A DNA stretch of 64,000 nucleotides, from positions 472,078 through 536,077 of the forward strand of contig NW_003314262.1 of the NCBI RefSeq assembly GCF_000143415.4, read 5' to 3'. This DNA comes from Selaginella moellendorffii (Eukaryota; Plantae; Lycopodiophyta). The notes under the pieces are model-generated. The model ran no database searches and was not told the origin of the DNA. It saw nothing but the letters and a program-made list of their open reading frames with translations. A program made the position numbers and the translations under genes. This document shows positions 48,701 through 60,944 of the stretch, piece after piece. Within the stretch, counting starts at the first letter, position 1; each line of letters starts with the position of its first letter.

Positions 48701-51700
48701 TCATGGAACACGGCACTGGCCAACTTGCCAGATCTCATTGGCGTACTGTGAGATGGTCCTGTCGCTGCTAAACTTTCCCGATCCAGCAGTGCTAAGAATC
48801 GACATCTTCATCCATTTTGCGCGATTCCTAGACAGGAAAAAGAGTCATGTAAGTCACGGCTCGAGGAAAGAAATGTGTCTATACTTGTAAGTCTCGTCGA
48901 CTTTGTCTTGGGCATCCAGGTACCCGGGGAAGTCTTGACCGACGAGAAAATAATCCCCTCGGCCATAGCCGGTGTCACCCTCAAGAGCCTCTAACAGTGG
49001 CTCGTAATCGAAATCGCCAAACGCTTTCGAGCGAATGAAGTCCTTCACCTCTTCGAAGCGCGGGTCGGGAACAAACTACAAGAACACATGAGAAGTTACT
49101 TGTGAAAGAGATGATCATAGGATTGAGAAGCATTACTTTGCCTTGTTCTCTTTCTTTTCTCAGCCTGGGGACGTCGTCGGCCCGAGCACCAAAGAGGAAG
49201 AAGTTGTCTTCACCAATTTCCTCTCGGATCTCAATATTGGCTCCGTCCAGTGTCCCGATTATCAGGCTCCCGTTGAGCGCAAACTTCATGTTGCTCGTAC
49301 CGCTTGCTTCCATTCCAGCCGTGCTGATGTGCTGCGAGAGCTCACTGGCAGGGATGGCGAGCTCTGCCACCGTGACATTGTAATTTGGAATGAAAACAAC
49401 CTGAATAGAGGAAGCGATCTCGGTTTTTGGTATTGAAAGCATCACAAGCTTTCGTACCTTGAGATGTGGAGAGACGTTGGGATCATTGTTGACAACAGCT
49501 CCAACGTCAGTAACAAGTTTGACAATTCGTTTTGCCTGTGCGTAAGTTGCAAAAGCTTTGCCACCGAACATGACAGTTCGTGGGACAGTGTTCGCACGTT
49601 CTTCGGGACTCATCTCCTACATTGACAACCAGCTATTAGAAACGAGAAAAAAGAGAAAGGAAACTTATAACTGTGGCAGACCTTGATCGTTTTGTAACGA
49701 TAGATCACGGATAATATATTGAGCAGCTGACGCTTATACTCGTGAATCCGCTTGATTTGAATGTCGAAAAGAGTTTGTGGATTGACTTCGACCCCTACAA
49801 CCTTGAGCAAGTAATCTGCGAACCGGACTTTGTTGGCTAGCTTGGCAGCGTTCCATTCTTCCTGGAGTTGTTTGTTCTCTGCAAACTGAATTCAAGGCAA
49901 AACTTACCGCCTGTCTTTTGAAATATAGATCTTACCTCTCTCAGGCCACTGAGAAGGTCGAGGTTTGTGACCCATTTATCAGTCCTCAGCCACTTGGTAA
50001 TGATCGCACTTAATTCGGGGCTGCAAAAACGTAGCCACCGCCTTGGAGTGACACCATTTGTCTTGTTATTAAATTTTTCGGGCCATAGCGAATAGAAGTC
50101 GGAAAAGAGCTCCTTCTTCAATATCTCGCTGTGCAGCTCTGCAACTCCATTCACCTGGCAAGCATAATCAGCGTGCCTTCCTCGCTATAAATTTGTAAAC
50201 GTTACCGAATGAGCAGACACAACACACAAGTGTGCCATGCGCACAAGCTTCTTTTCGGGGTTGGAGTTATCCAAAACTTGTAGAGCTTCCAGTTTACTTT
50301 CTAACTCGGGCCTTGTTCTAGCCACAAGCACTTGAAACTGCAAATACAAGCAATTTTATAAGACAAACTCAATGAGAGAGAGAGTGAGAATGCCTACCCG
50401 CTTATCAATTTCTGCTATAATCTCCATATGCCGAGGTAAAAGCTTGGCCATGACAACTTGTGACCACTTCTCAAGTGCTTCCGGAAGAACAGTATGGTTA
50501 GTATATGCTATAGTGCTGTTAGAATCGACAACATAGAAGAAAGTTGACAGACCGGGAATTACTTGTGTGAAAAAAGAAGAACCAACCTGGAAGTAATGTT
50601 CCACGCCTGATCCCATCCAAGTCCTTCGTCGTCCATCAAAATCCTCATCAATTCTGGAATTGCCAGCGTTGGATGCGTATCGTTTAGTTGAACAGCAACT
50701 TTATTTGGAAACTCATCCCATGAGATAGCTCCACGTCTTTCTTTGAAACGCGAGAAAATATCCTATATCACGAAGACAGTATACTTTCAAGCTGAAACGC
50801 TTAAAACACACACAATCACCTGCAACGAAGCACTGCACAGCATGTACTGCTGCTTCAGACGCAAGAGCTTTCCATCTTCAGTACTGTCTCCAGGATATAA
50901 AACTGAGCAGATCTGGAAGGAAGTATATATGTCATACGAAACAAAGTTTTGTTTTAAACAAGAACGCACCTGGTCGGCCTTAAGCTGCAGCTGAACTGCT
51001 TCCTCGTGTTTTCCGGCGTTAAAAGCATACAAGTCAAAATCTTCGGCGGGCACGCGCGCTTCCCAAATTCGAAGGCTGATTGTGTTCTTTGTGTTGTAGC
51101 CAGGGATGGGGATATCATAAGCCAGAGCCTGCATAACTTCTCCCCCGATCCATTTCCGCCTTGAAAGATGGTAGAAGAGCTTAGAGTTTTGTAAACGCTA
51201 GAAGCAAAAAACAAATCACCTTCCATCAGAATCGACTTGCACCTCACCGAAAAATCGAACTGGATATGTTACGTCGTGCCTGACTATTTCCCAAGGGCTA
51301 GACTTCTGCCAGGGAAGATCAAGTGAGCACGAACGATTGCTTCGCTAACAAGCAAGGGAAATACCTCTAGCCAGTCCTCTGCATATTCTTCCTGGCCTTT
51401 AGAGGAAATTATCTGCTTAAAAAGCCCGTACTTGTATCGTAGGCCATATCCCCACGCTGGTAAATCGAGAGTCGCCATGGAATCTAGAAAACACGAGGCA
51501 AGCCTCCCGAGACCTCCATTTCCAAGAGCTGCATCTTTTTCCTGGAGAGAAAATTCCTTTAGCTCGAACGAAACCACAAAGTTTGGATACTTAGAACTTA
51601 CTTGTTCTCGTACGTTCTCGAGATCATGGCCCAGCTTCGTCAGCGCAGCCGCGTAAGCGTCCGAGAGGCCGAGATTTCCAATGGCATTGGTGAGAGCTCT

Positions 51701-52071
51701 TCCTTGGAGAAACTCCATGGACAAGTAATAAACTTGCTTGGGATCCTCCTCGTGGAAATGCTTGTATGTTTCGTTCCATCTCTATAAAATTTCCATGGAT
51801 CCAACCAAGAGAAAAGAATCATGTTCTTCCTCTAACAATCCATCCAAGAAAAATTTCTATATCGTGAATAGGAGACTAGACAGACCTGGACAAGGGCGTC
51901 TTTCACGCTCGCCGCAGTGGCATAGAATGCCTGCTCCACCTCGAACTTAAACGGCGAGAATCGAGAAGAGAACTGCGAATGGTAGACAATGTTGGCCGCC
52001 ACACCGAAAGAATCCCCGGGAGTGGGATGCGCAATGGCAGGCACCGCCGATTCGCTCGCATTGGACGCCAT
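48701..52071 (-). CDS. PHS2: Alpha-glucan phosphorylase, cytosolic H-type
   Basis: [57 protein letters not shown]; no transit peptide and no L78 insertion. Confidence 0.96.
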
Positions 52072-52322
52072 TGCGGAGCTGCCACACGATCAATCGCGGC
52101 GCCAGGCCGAGAAATCCCCTACCTTGCGCGCTCGCTAGCGAAATATTTTCTCGATCGCGATCGATCAATCACGAGCCCACGCTTGCCAAGCGGCAGCCTT
52201 ATACAACACGAGAAAGGAATCTTTTTTCTTCCAATTAGTTTATTCTAAGCAATACTAATCAAATATGCCTTAAAAATTTTAATCGAATAAAAGCCCTAAA
52301 ATCAAATAAACCCTAAAAAACT

Positions 52323-54466
52323 TTAACCCTGTATTTTGGATTGCTTGAGCTTTGAGTAAATCCTTATGGCATAGAGAATGAGGAGTAAAAACGCGGTGGT
52401 GGCGAGCCCAGCGTAAGCAGCCCAGAGGAGATGGATGGAGCTCCTCACGGGGCGGCACTTACCATCCACGATCACCGAGAAAGCGCGCACCACAAAGGAG
52501 CAATTCGCGAGGCTTTCCAGCGATGGGGTGGCGTCGATGAGCGTCTGCGCGGCGGCGCTGTAGGCCAGAATGGTCCTGTAGATCGGGTCTGGGATGTGCT
52601 GCACGCCTTCGGCGGTAGCACACTCGTGCTCGTCTTTGGCCGAGCATCGAAACGGCTGGAGCACCTGCAAGTTTTTTCCATGAAAAACCATCAAAGTTTG
52701 TGACGATCGATCTGAAAGCAGCGTCTCTTAATTACCTGGGGAACGTTACCTATGGCCACAGTGCCTTCGAGGCACTGCCCTGTAAGTTTGTAGTGTGGAG
52801 GGCCGGAGAATGGATTGCAAATGTGGGGGATGACGCGGTTGTCCCCGATGCCATCCATCGTCGTACGCAGCTTCGATATATTCCTATTCGCCTGGCAAGA
52901 GAAAAGCTTCGGATTTAGATGCATGGCTGGAACACCACAAGCTTGCTTACCTGTGCGATAACTCTGTACATGCCTTCACGTATCTTGAGGACTGAGTCGT
53001 TCCCATTCTTGGAATCGACGCAAGGCAGGAGCAAGCCCAGTGCGTTTGTGTTGTTGTATGGGTTTTGTTGATACTCCTCTAGAGCTGTACAGGAGTCGTC
53101 CACGACACTGACAGCTTATTTCAGGTGAGAAAGAAGCGGACAAAGAAAAACTATCAGATTACTTGTGAGCCGCGTAAGACAATCCAAAGGCGATCCAGCT
53201 GAATACTGTCAGTAGCCAAAGAGCAACAGTAATCCTGCCATAACATAACGAAAAGGCATAAGATACTTTCAAAAAATTAGAACAAGACAAAAAAACTACT
53301 TACAACGGAAAGAACCACCACCAAAACGGAAGCGTCTTCTCTGCAACACCATTTAATGTTCAGTATACACGAGTACTTATCACAGAAATCTGACCCTACC
53401 GATCAAAATAACTAGTCCCACTATCAAAAAGAGCATTATTACCGAGCTCGTAACAAGGATAGTGATGTATCTGCAATGAGAAAAAAATGGTTAACCACAT
53501 CGCTTAACAATCGCAATGGAGCTAACCTCACATTTCTTTCAACGTTCTCTCAATCAGCTTCTTGTTGTCCTGAACCTTTTGTTGGATTTGCACGGCTTCA
53601 AAGTAGAGCCTAGCCTTCGACGAGAACAGAGTAGTAAGGTTACCATCGAATGGCTCCAACTTGGTCGTTATATCCGTCATCTCTGTCGTGACATTGTATA
53701 TAGTAGCTGTGGCATTGTTGGCAGCCTCAATAAGAACATCTTTCACAACGTTGGCGTCCTCGTGTAGCCTCTTGTTTCCGACAAGAAGCAAGCAGCAAAA
53801 GACACTAAACGAGCCCAAAGTCAGTCATCGATATAAACAAGCTTCGAAGCACGGAGAACACTTACAGTGCTAACAGTGTCAAAAGAATCAAAGCCGCCGA
53901 AGACGCAATAGAGTGATGGGAATTTGAAGCACTAGGAGCAATCTTTTGGAATTTTAAATCCCTCCTCTTCATCGATCGAACAAAAAGCAGCGCCAGGAAA
54001 ACGAGGCCAAGTAGTACTGATGCCACCGCAAGTGCGTACCCATATATCCCCGAAAAAAGCACCGACTAGCATCACAAAAGCATCACGATTAGGAGCTTCA
54101 CCAAATTTTCACTTTGTAGCAAATTACAAACAAGACGATCTACTTACCGCCCAGTAATGCTTGTTCTCGATGTCAAATCCCCCTCGGTAGTGCTTGAGAC
54201 CATCTAGAGGATCCACACGGCGCGTCTCCCCAGGCAAGGAATCGCTGAAATTCCGTGTGTGTCGGAGATATTTCGCCTCAGCACCTGGAAAATTCACAGA
54301 AAAAGATGTCAGTTGCTTGAATCGATCAAGAAAACCTCTCAAGCTTACCGCGATCCAGCAGGAACGCGCGCCTGGAATGTAATGCATCATGCCCTTGCAA
54401 AGACCGTGGGAAGAAAGCGCAAAGAACAATCACGAGGCCCAGCCCGAGCTGCGCGACGATCCCCAT
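52323..54466 (-). CDS. Multi-pass plant membrane protein (At5g67550/At2g12400-like)
   Basis: Signal peptide MGIVAQLGLGL, RRVDPLDGLKHYRGGFDIENKHYWA, DDSCTALEEYQQNP..LLPC, ICNPFS; several TMs; multi-exon. Confidence 0.8.
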
Positions 54467-54791
54467 GACCGGCGATCGCGCATAGCTGCCAAAATCTCGG
54501 CAATATTTCAGCTCACAAGGCGCCCGCTCATTCTGCGATCAAGCGATCGGCCAAACAAAGAAATCAACAACCAGAGATCCACCCTTCCCGCCGCGGCGAT
54601 GGATCGATCGATCGCTTGCGCTTCCTAGAGCGCCATCCCGGAATGCGGCAGGATCGTCGCCGGGGCGCCTTCCATCTCCACAGCGAAGCCACAAAACCCT
54701 CCATCTCCATCCCGAAATATAAACCTCTTCTTGGAGCTTTCGATTCTTTTGCCCCTTCCCCAAGCATGGCATCATGGGCGGCATACCCACG

Positions 54792-54916
54792 GCAGCCTCG
54801 GCAAAAGCAATGCCAGCCTCGGATGTCCAGCCTCGGCAGGCTCGAGAGGCTCGGCAGCCATGCCATGCCATGCCACGTCGTCCGCCACGTAATCACTTTG
54901 CATTCCCGCCACGTCT
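54792..54916. promoter_or_regulatory. ABRE/G-box-like cluster with CATGC repeats
   Basis: GCCACGT x3 (~54872, 54884, 54908), (CATGC)3 at 54859-54873, CAGCCTCGG x3 at 54793-54836. Confidence 0.45.
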
Positions 54917-55241
54917 GGGTGTTTCTTTCCTTTAGTTTTTATACATGGAACTTTTTCGTTCGGGGTAGGGCCGGGCCTTCTTTGTTTCCTCTTTTTGGTT
55001 ATCTAACCAATTTTTTCCGCTTGCGCAATGTCGGCGACGGCGACTGTGGAGAGTAGAATCTTCATAACGAGAAGTCGAAGTCGATGGAAGCAATTCAGAC
55101 TTTCTCTCATCAGTCCCAGTCCCAGCTTTGAGTAGTGGAGAATCAAAGCGTTTTTATGGTGTAGCAAAGATGGCTAGATCATCTCGATCCAAAACAGTTG
55201 AAAATCAAAGCGATTGGGATTGATTCACACGGGTCAAAACG

Positions 55242-57224
55242 ATGCACTTGACCACTGCTCAATCGGACCCAGCATTGTACGCCAACCTGGTCAAGTCGTG
55301 CCGGAGTCTCCAGCAAGCCCAAAAGATCCACGCGACGATCTCCGCCAGCGAGCACCGCCACAACATTTTCCTCGCCAACCTTGTCATCGAAATGTATGGG
55401 AAGCACGGAAGTGTTGAGAAAGCCCGCGAGGTTTTTGATAGCCTTCCGGAGCCGAATCTTTTTTCGTGGAACATCATCGTCACTGCATATGCCAGTAACG
55501 GGGATTTGTACACCGCAAGATTGATGTTCGAAAACATGCCGTGTCGGGACGTGGTTTCGTGGACTGCAATCCTCAAAGCCTATTCTGATGTTCCATTTCT
55601 AAATGAATCGAATGAAATATTTGACAGCATGCCACACAAGAACATAATCTCGTGGAACATTATCATTGTAGCAAATGCCGCTAATGAGCATTTGGAAAAG
55701 GCATGGAGCATGTTTGATACAATGCCCGGGTGGTCTATTGTGACGTGGAACACAATGCTCCAGCACAGCAAACACTACGATGACGCGCGGTCGGTGTTCG
55801 ATGACATGGCCTGCCACGACATCCTGTCATGGAACGGCCTCTTGGGTGCCCTTGTCCAAGACGGGCGTTTCACCGAAGCTTTGAAACTTTTCCAGGAGAT
55901 GCCGGAGCGCGATGTTGCCTCGTACAACTTTGCAATCGCAGCAGTGTCGCAGGGCGAGGATCTGAGCGAAGCAAGGACGATCTTCGAGAGAATGCCCGAG
56001 AGAGACCTGTTTTCGTGGACGACGCTCTTGAATGCGCTTGCAGCAACTGGAAGACTCACACAAGCTCGGGCGTTGTTTAACCAGATGCCAGCGGTGGACA
56101 TTGTTGCTTGGTCCTCTATGACGGAGGCATATGCCCGAGCTGGGCATACTCTTAAAGCGATGGCGATGTTCACAGAAATGCCCGAGCGCGATATTATATC
56201 CTGCACGGCCATTTTCAACGCGTTCTCCGAGAGTGGAAACATTTCAGAGGCGGAAGATATCTTCGCAAAAATGCCTCAGCAAGATGACATCTCGTGGACT
56301 GCGATGCTCGCTGCATATGCCCGAAACGGGTATTTGGACAAGGCACAAGCCATGCTGGAGTCCACTTCAGCACCCAACGTTGTGACGTGGACTGCAATGC
56401 TGGCTGGATATGCCCAGCACGGGCATCTTGAGGAAGCCCAGTTGTTGTTCAACACAATGCCGTGCTGGAACACAGTGACATGGAGCGTGATGATCGCGGC
56501 ATATGCCCAAAACGGGCATGGAAGGGAGGGGATATCCCTCTTCCGGAGGATGAACCAAGAGGGGTATCACCCAGATGAGAGCGCTTTTGCTAGTGCGTTT
56601 TTCGCGTGCAGCTGCATTGGCTCGCTCTCTGATGCCCGATCAATCCACGCAAATTTCAGAGAATTCAACTCCGTGTCAAATGAGCTCATGTTGGGGGGTC
56701 TTATCATCAGCATGTACGGAGGATGCGGAGACCTCACCACAGCTGCTAACGAGTTCCACGCGCTCTTACTTCCGTACCATGGCAGCCCCGTGCTGTGGAG
56801 CACCATGGTAGCCGCATATTCCCAGAATGGTCTTGTGGAGCGGGCCATGGTATTGTTCTCGACAATGTTTCTAGAGGGGGTCGAACCCAGCGACCTGACG
56901 TTTGTGACCATCCTGGCGGCGTGCAGCCACGGTGGGCGGTTGCATGAGGGGCTGTACTATTTCCGGGTAATGTGTACGGACTGTGGGATAGCTCCCGGCG
57001 TCCAACACTACCACTGTTTGATTGATCTCTTGGGGCGGAGTGGGAGGCTGGAGGAGGCGAGAGAACTGGTCACCTCTTGTGCGGATCCGGGAGCATGGAC
57101 AATTCTCCTGGGAAAGTGTAAATTACACGGTAATGCACGGTTGGGAAAGGTGGCGACAACTAATTTGGATCATCATGTACCTGGACCTTACCTCTTACTG
57201 GCAAACGCATACACCCTTAGATAA
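55242..57224 (+). CDS. PLS-class pentatricopeptide repeat protein with truncated E domain
   Basis: Tandem 31-aa S-type repeats (F..MP.RD..SW..ML.AY), TFVTILAACSHGG, HYHCLIDLLGRSG, YLLLANAY; no DYW domain; intronless. Confidence 0.95.
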   Translation: MHLTTAQSDPALYANLVKSCRSLQQAQKIHATISASEHRHNIFLANLVIEMYGKHGSVEKAREVFDSLPEPNLFSWNIIVTAYASNGDLYTARLMFENMPCRDVVSWTAILKAYSDVPFLNESNEIFDSMPHKNIISWNIIIVANAANEHLEKAWSMFDTMPGWSIVTWNTMLQHSKHYDDARSVFDDMACHDILSWNGLLGALVQDGRFTEALKLFQEMPERDVASYNFAIAAVSQGEDLSEARTIFERMPERDLFSWTTLLNALAATGRLTQARALFNQMPAVDIVAWSSMTEAYARAGHTLKAMAMFTEMPERDIISCTAIFNAFSESGNISEAEDIFAKMPQQDDISWTAMLAAYARNGYLDKAQAMLESTSAPNVVTWTAMLAGYAQHGHLEEAQLLFNTMPCWNTVTWSVMIAAYAQNGHGREGISLFRRMNQEGYHPDESAFASAFFACSCIGSLSDARSIHANFREFNSVSNELMLGGLIISMYGGCGDLTTAANEFHALLLPYHGSPVLWSTMVAAYSQNGLVERAMVLFSTMFLEGVEPSDLTFVTILAACSHGGRLHEGLYYFRVMCTDCGIAPGVQHYHCLIDLLGRSGRLEEARELVTSCADPGAWTILLGKCKLHGNARLGKVATTNLDHHVPGPYLLLANAYTLR

Positions 57225-57859
57225 AGGTATTCTTTTCACATACAATATATGAGTCTGTTGCTGGTGAGGAGCGTGCATTTCTCGAACTCTGCTGGTCATG
57301 GACAAGATTATCAAGATCTATGGGATGAGCAAGCGTATTGCAAGCAATTTATAGTGGAATTTCCTTCAATCCAGTTGATCATGGACAGGTTCACAAAGCT
57401 GTAGTGCTTGTTTCTTCGATTTTCATAGTGGAGAAGGTCAAGTAGTTCCCACTTCCACAGGGTTACTTGCGGCACAAGGAAAGCAACTTTTGACAAACTT
57501 TTCTATCCAAACTTTTGCAGACTAATTGGAGTACAGTTGCAATCTGCTCTACGCCCAGACCATTTCAGCAATACAAACACGGTTCTGAGCTTCCTTACCT
57601 CAATTGATCATGACCACTATGTGGGCAAACTAACCTTCACTGGCCGCATCTGAATTGAAGAGATGTTCTACTGCTGAGGGATGCATAGGCTTTACCAGTA
57701 AAGACTCTGCCTGCACGATCCTAGGCACGAAGTAATCCATACAACAAATGGCCGCCAAGTAAGGGCACATGGTAATGTCATAACATACGTTTAAAAGCAG
57801 ATAGACTATATGCCTAAGTGTGTAATGCACGAGGGAAACTTGGCATGGCAAATTCCAAG

Positions 57860-59930
57860 TTTGAGCACCCTATTATCCGCTTAAGGCTAATTATGGGATT
57901 AGTAGGTCAATTAGAGGATTAGGTCATTGAGTGTCTATGAAAATGGCGTATCTAACTAAACTTTAAGTGATTAGGAAAAGAAAAAGCAAAAGGGAGTTTT
58001 ATTCAACCCGTTGCCTTAGGATTATGTAAAAGGTTTTTTTGGCAAGATATGTGACTCTCAGTAAGACATGCAAGCTAACATGGAAAAGCTTGATCAATCT
58101 CAAGGTGGTAGTGGTAATCTAATCACAAGGTATTGCAAATGAAACCTTGGTAAAATCTCAAGGCTGATCCAGGTCCAAGGTTTTGATGATACTTAACCAC
58201 TGATCCTTCTGGAGGTTGCCTTGAAAATCAAGGCATCACAGTGGTGGATGCAAATAACTAATGAATAAGCACTAGGAAAGGACCATTTACCTCCTTAGAA
58301 AAGTTTGTAGTAGCTTTTAAGTAGGAGTTTGCACCTATGATGCTTGGCATGCTTGGTGTTAGCTACAGCAGAGGAAGGGCAATTTGATCAATGAGTATAT
58401 AATTGGTTTGGAATGTTGTTTAGCTGAATTTGAAGTGACTATATGGAGGAGGTGGAGAAGGATTACTTCCTAGATAGTTTGCACAACCATAACATGTAGA
58501 AATCTATGAAGTCTACCCAAACTTCCAAGTTGCTAGAGGAATTTTTTATGGATGTTGGAGCACTTGAGGATGAGGAGTCACAAGAGTAGTAGCCTGATAA
58601 CACCAAGAAGAATTAGTGTAATAGGAGTTTCTAAAGATGATATTAGATATAGTGATAGTGGCAATAGCAAGAATTCTTGCTCAAATTTCCATATGGTAGG
58701 ATTTTTCTACAGTAGCAATGGTGGAGGGCATGGCAAGAATGGTAGAAGCCACGCCGTCTTTCTGGACTAAAACGGACTGTTTTATAGCAAGCGGGGAATT
58801 GTATACTCCTTTCGTGCCTACCAAGTCCCTGAATGCTCAAGGACCTTTGGAATAATGGCCAAATTTCAAAGACGTTTTGCATCACTAATCCTATTGGAGA
58901 TCAATGCTTCAAGTGTGGATTTTTGGATCACTAGAAGAAAATATTGCTGAAGAACAACAATGGAGTTGGTGCTTCTAACAACAAGAAGATCTAGGAAGCA
59001 TAGTGTACAAATGAGGCTTTTGAGTTGAAAGAACATTTGTTAGTGATTGTAGAATTATTGATCAAATCTAGTGTGATGATATTGGTGGCTTGATGACTAA
59101 ATCTTGACTAATTCAAGTGGAGGGATAGCTAAGCAGGATCCTAATTGATTGGCAGCTCAATTTATTTTTTCAAAATTAGTAAAGGAATGTGAGGGTTTAG
59201 GGAAGTTGCCTCTGTATAAGATTATTGGCACAGAAACTCAGAAGTGGGACATCATGCAACTTCCCATAAAGGTGGGAAAAATGGAGTTTGTTGAGGATTT
59301 TTTTCTGGCTGCCATGAAGAATGTGGATTTGATCTTGGAATACTTATGTGATCAAGAAAGAAGGGCAAAATTGCCCCATTGATCCCGAGATCAAGTGAAG
59401 TCTTCACCAAGTCAAATTGGATTAGTGGAGTGATCTTCCAATCATTACACAGATGATGTCAACCATGTCTTTGGAGCTATTCATAATAAAGGGAATGATT
59501 TTTATGTTCATTAGAGAGTTAGATACTTTAAGTTCTCTCACAGAAGAAGAGGTTGTTTGGGTGAAGCTTGAAGAATTTACTTATGTGTTTCCAGTAGAGT
59601 TAACTGCTAAAGCCTAGTATAAAGCCAATTTATAGACAACCATTTTGTCTTAGTCATGCAGATGAGATAAAGGTCAAGGGCCAATGACTGGGTTGCTTGA
59701 GTATGGGTTTATCCAACCCAACAAATCTTCTTTTGGTGCTTCTATCTCATTTGCCAAGAAAAAGGATGACTCAATGCAGGGATAGACAATAAAGCTTTAT
59801 AGAAGAAGACAATGAAGGACAAAGTGCATATATCATCAGTAGGTAATATTTTGCATAGACTTGGAGATGCAAAGGTCTTTTCCAAAATAGATTTGCATTG
59901 TAGTTATCTGTAAATTGCAAAAAATATAGG
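57860..59930 (+). mobile_element. Highly degenerate, 3'-truncated Ty3/gypsy fragment
   Basis: gag-like region, CFKCG zinc-knuckle remnant at ~58905, protease-like VDLILE, RT start PNKSSFGASISFAKKKD; many stops. Confidence 0.7.
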
Positions 59931-60308
59931 AAAAAATTGATAAAAAAAATACTATATACTAAAAAAAAACTTAATTGCATATTAGTTTTTCACTATACCT
60001 TAGTTTTTATATCATTTGTCAAAGTACTAGTTTTAAAGAGGATTTCAATTTATCATTTTATTAATAATTTAATAATGTAAATTAAATCTTAAAAAAAAAT
60101 TCTATTAGAATATTCTTTAAAATTTTAATTTTTATAATTAATTACATTTTTGGGTTTAGATTTTAGCTGTATACTTTTCTTCACCATTTCAAGAAACCAT
60201 TTCCCTATGGCGTGTGATGATGGGAAACTATAACTATGAGTAGTATTTATTACAAATATTTTTAAATACTAGCAAAATCTTCACTTTTTAATATAACATT
60301 ATTTTGTG

Positions 60309-60340
<32 letters not shown>

Positions 60341-60944
60341 TTCTTTCATATATACTCTTTAAAATGTTATATTTTAAATTTTCAAGTGAAAAAACTTTTC
60401 CATCCTTATTCATAATTAATGTCCATATAATGTAATTTCAAAGTTCCTTAAAGATTTTATCATTTTATTAAATTTTCAAATGGTGGTGAATATAAAGAGT
60501 AAATTATTTTATTTGTAATTTTTTATATCAATAAAATGTATTTAATATTTCTTATATCTCCATTTTTGGATTTTCATATTTTATCCTCTATTGAATTAAA
60601 TAATTTTTATCTTTACTAACAATCTAATTTGCTTTGTTCCATATTGCTATGAAGCACATATCACCATGAATAAGTTTGAAGTTTTTGATGCATGGGTAAA
60701 ATAGTCTAGTAGTAATAGGATGATCAACATTATAGCAAACAACAATGAAAGAAAAAAAGAGTCATGGATTCTCAAATGCTCCAAAACTTTCTAGAATGGG
60801 GAAGTGGAGTTTGCGTAACCGGTGAAATACAAGATGTTGGATATACCTAGAAAATTGACTCGAGATGTCAATATTAAAGTTCTAGAGTGCAATAGTTATG
60901 TTGGTAGAGGCTGAAACTACTCCAGAATGAGTAGTAAGATCGAG

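Noticed and set aside
54760-54870. Possible miRNA hairpin
   Set aside because: No match to a conserved miRNA I recognise and no long clean stem.
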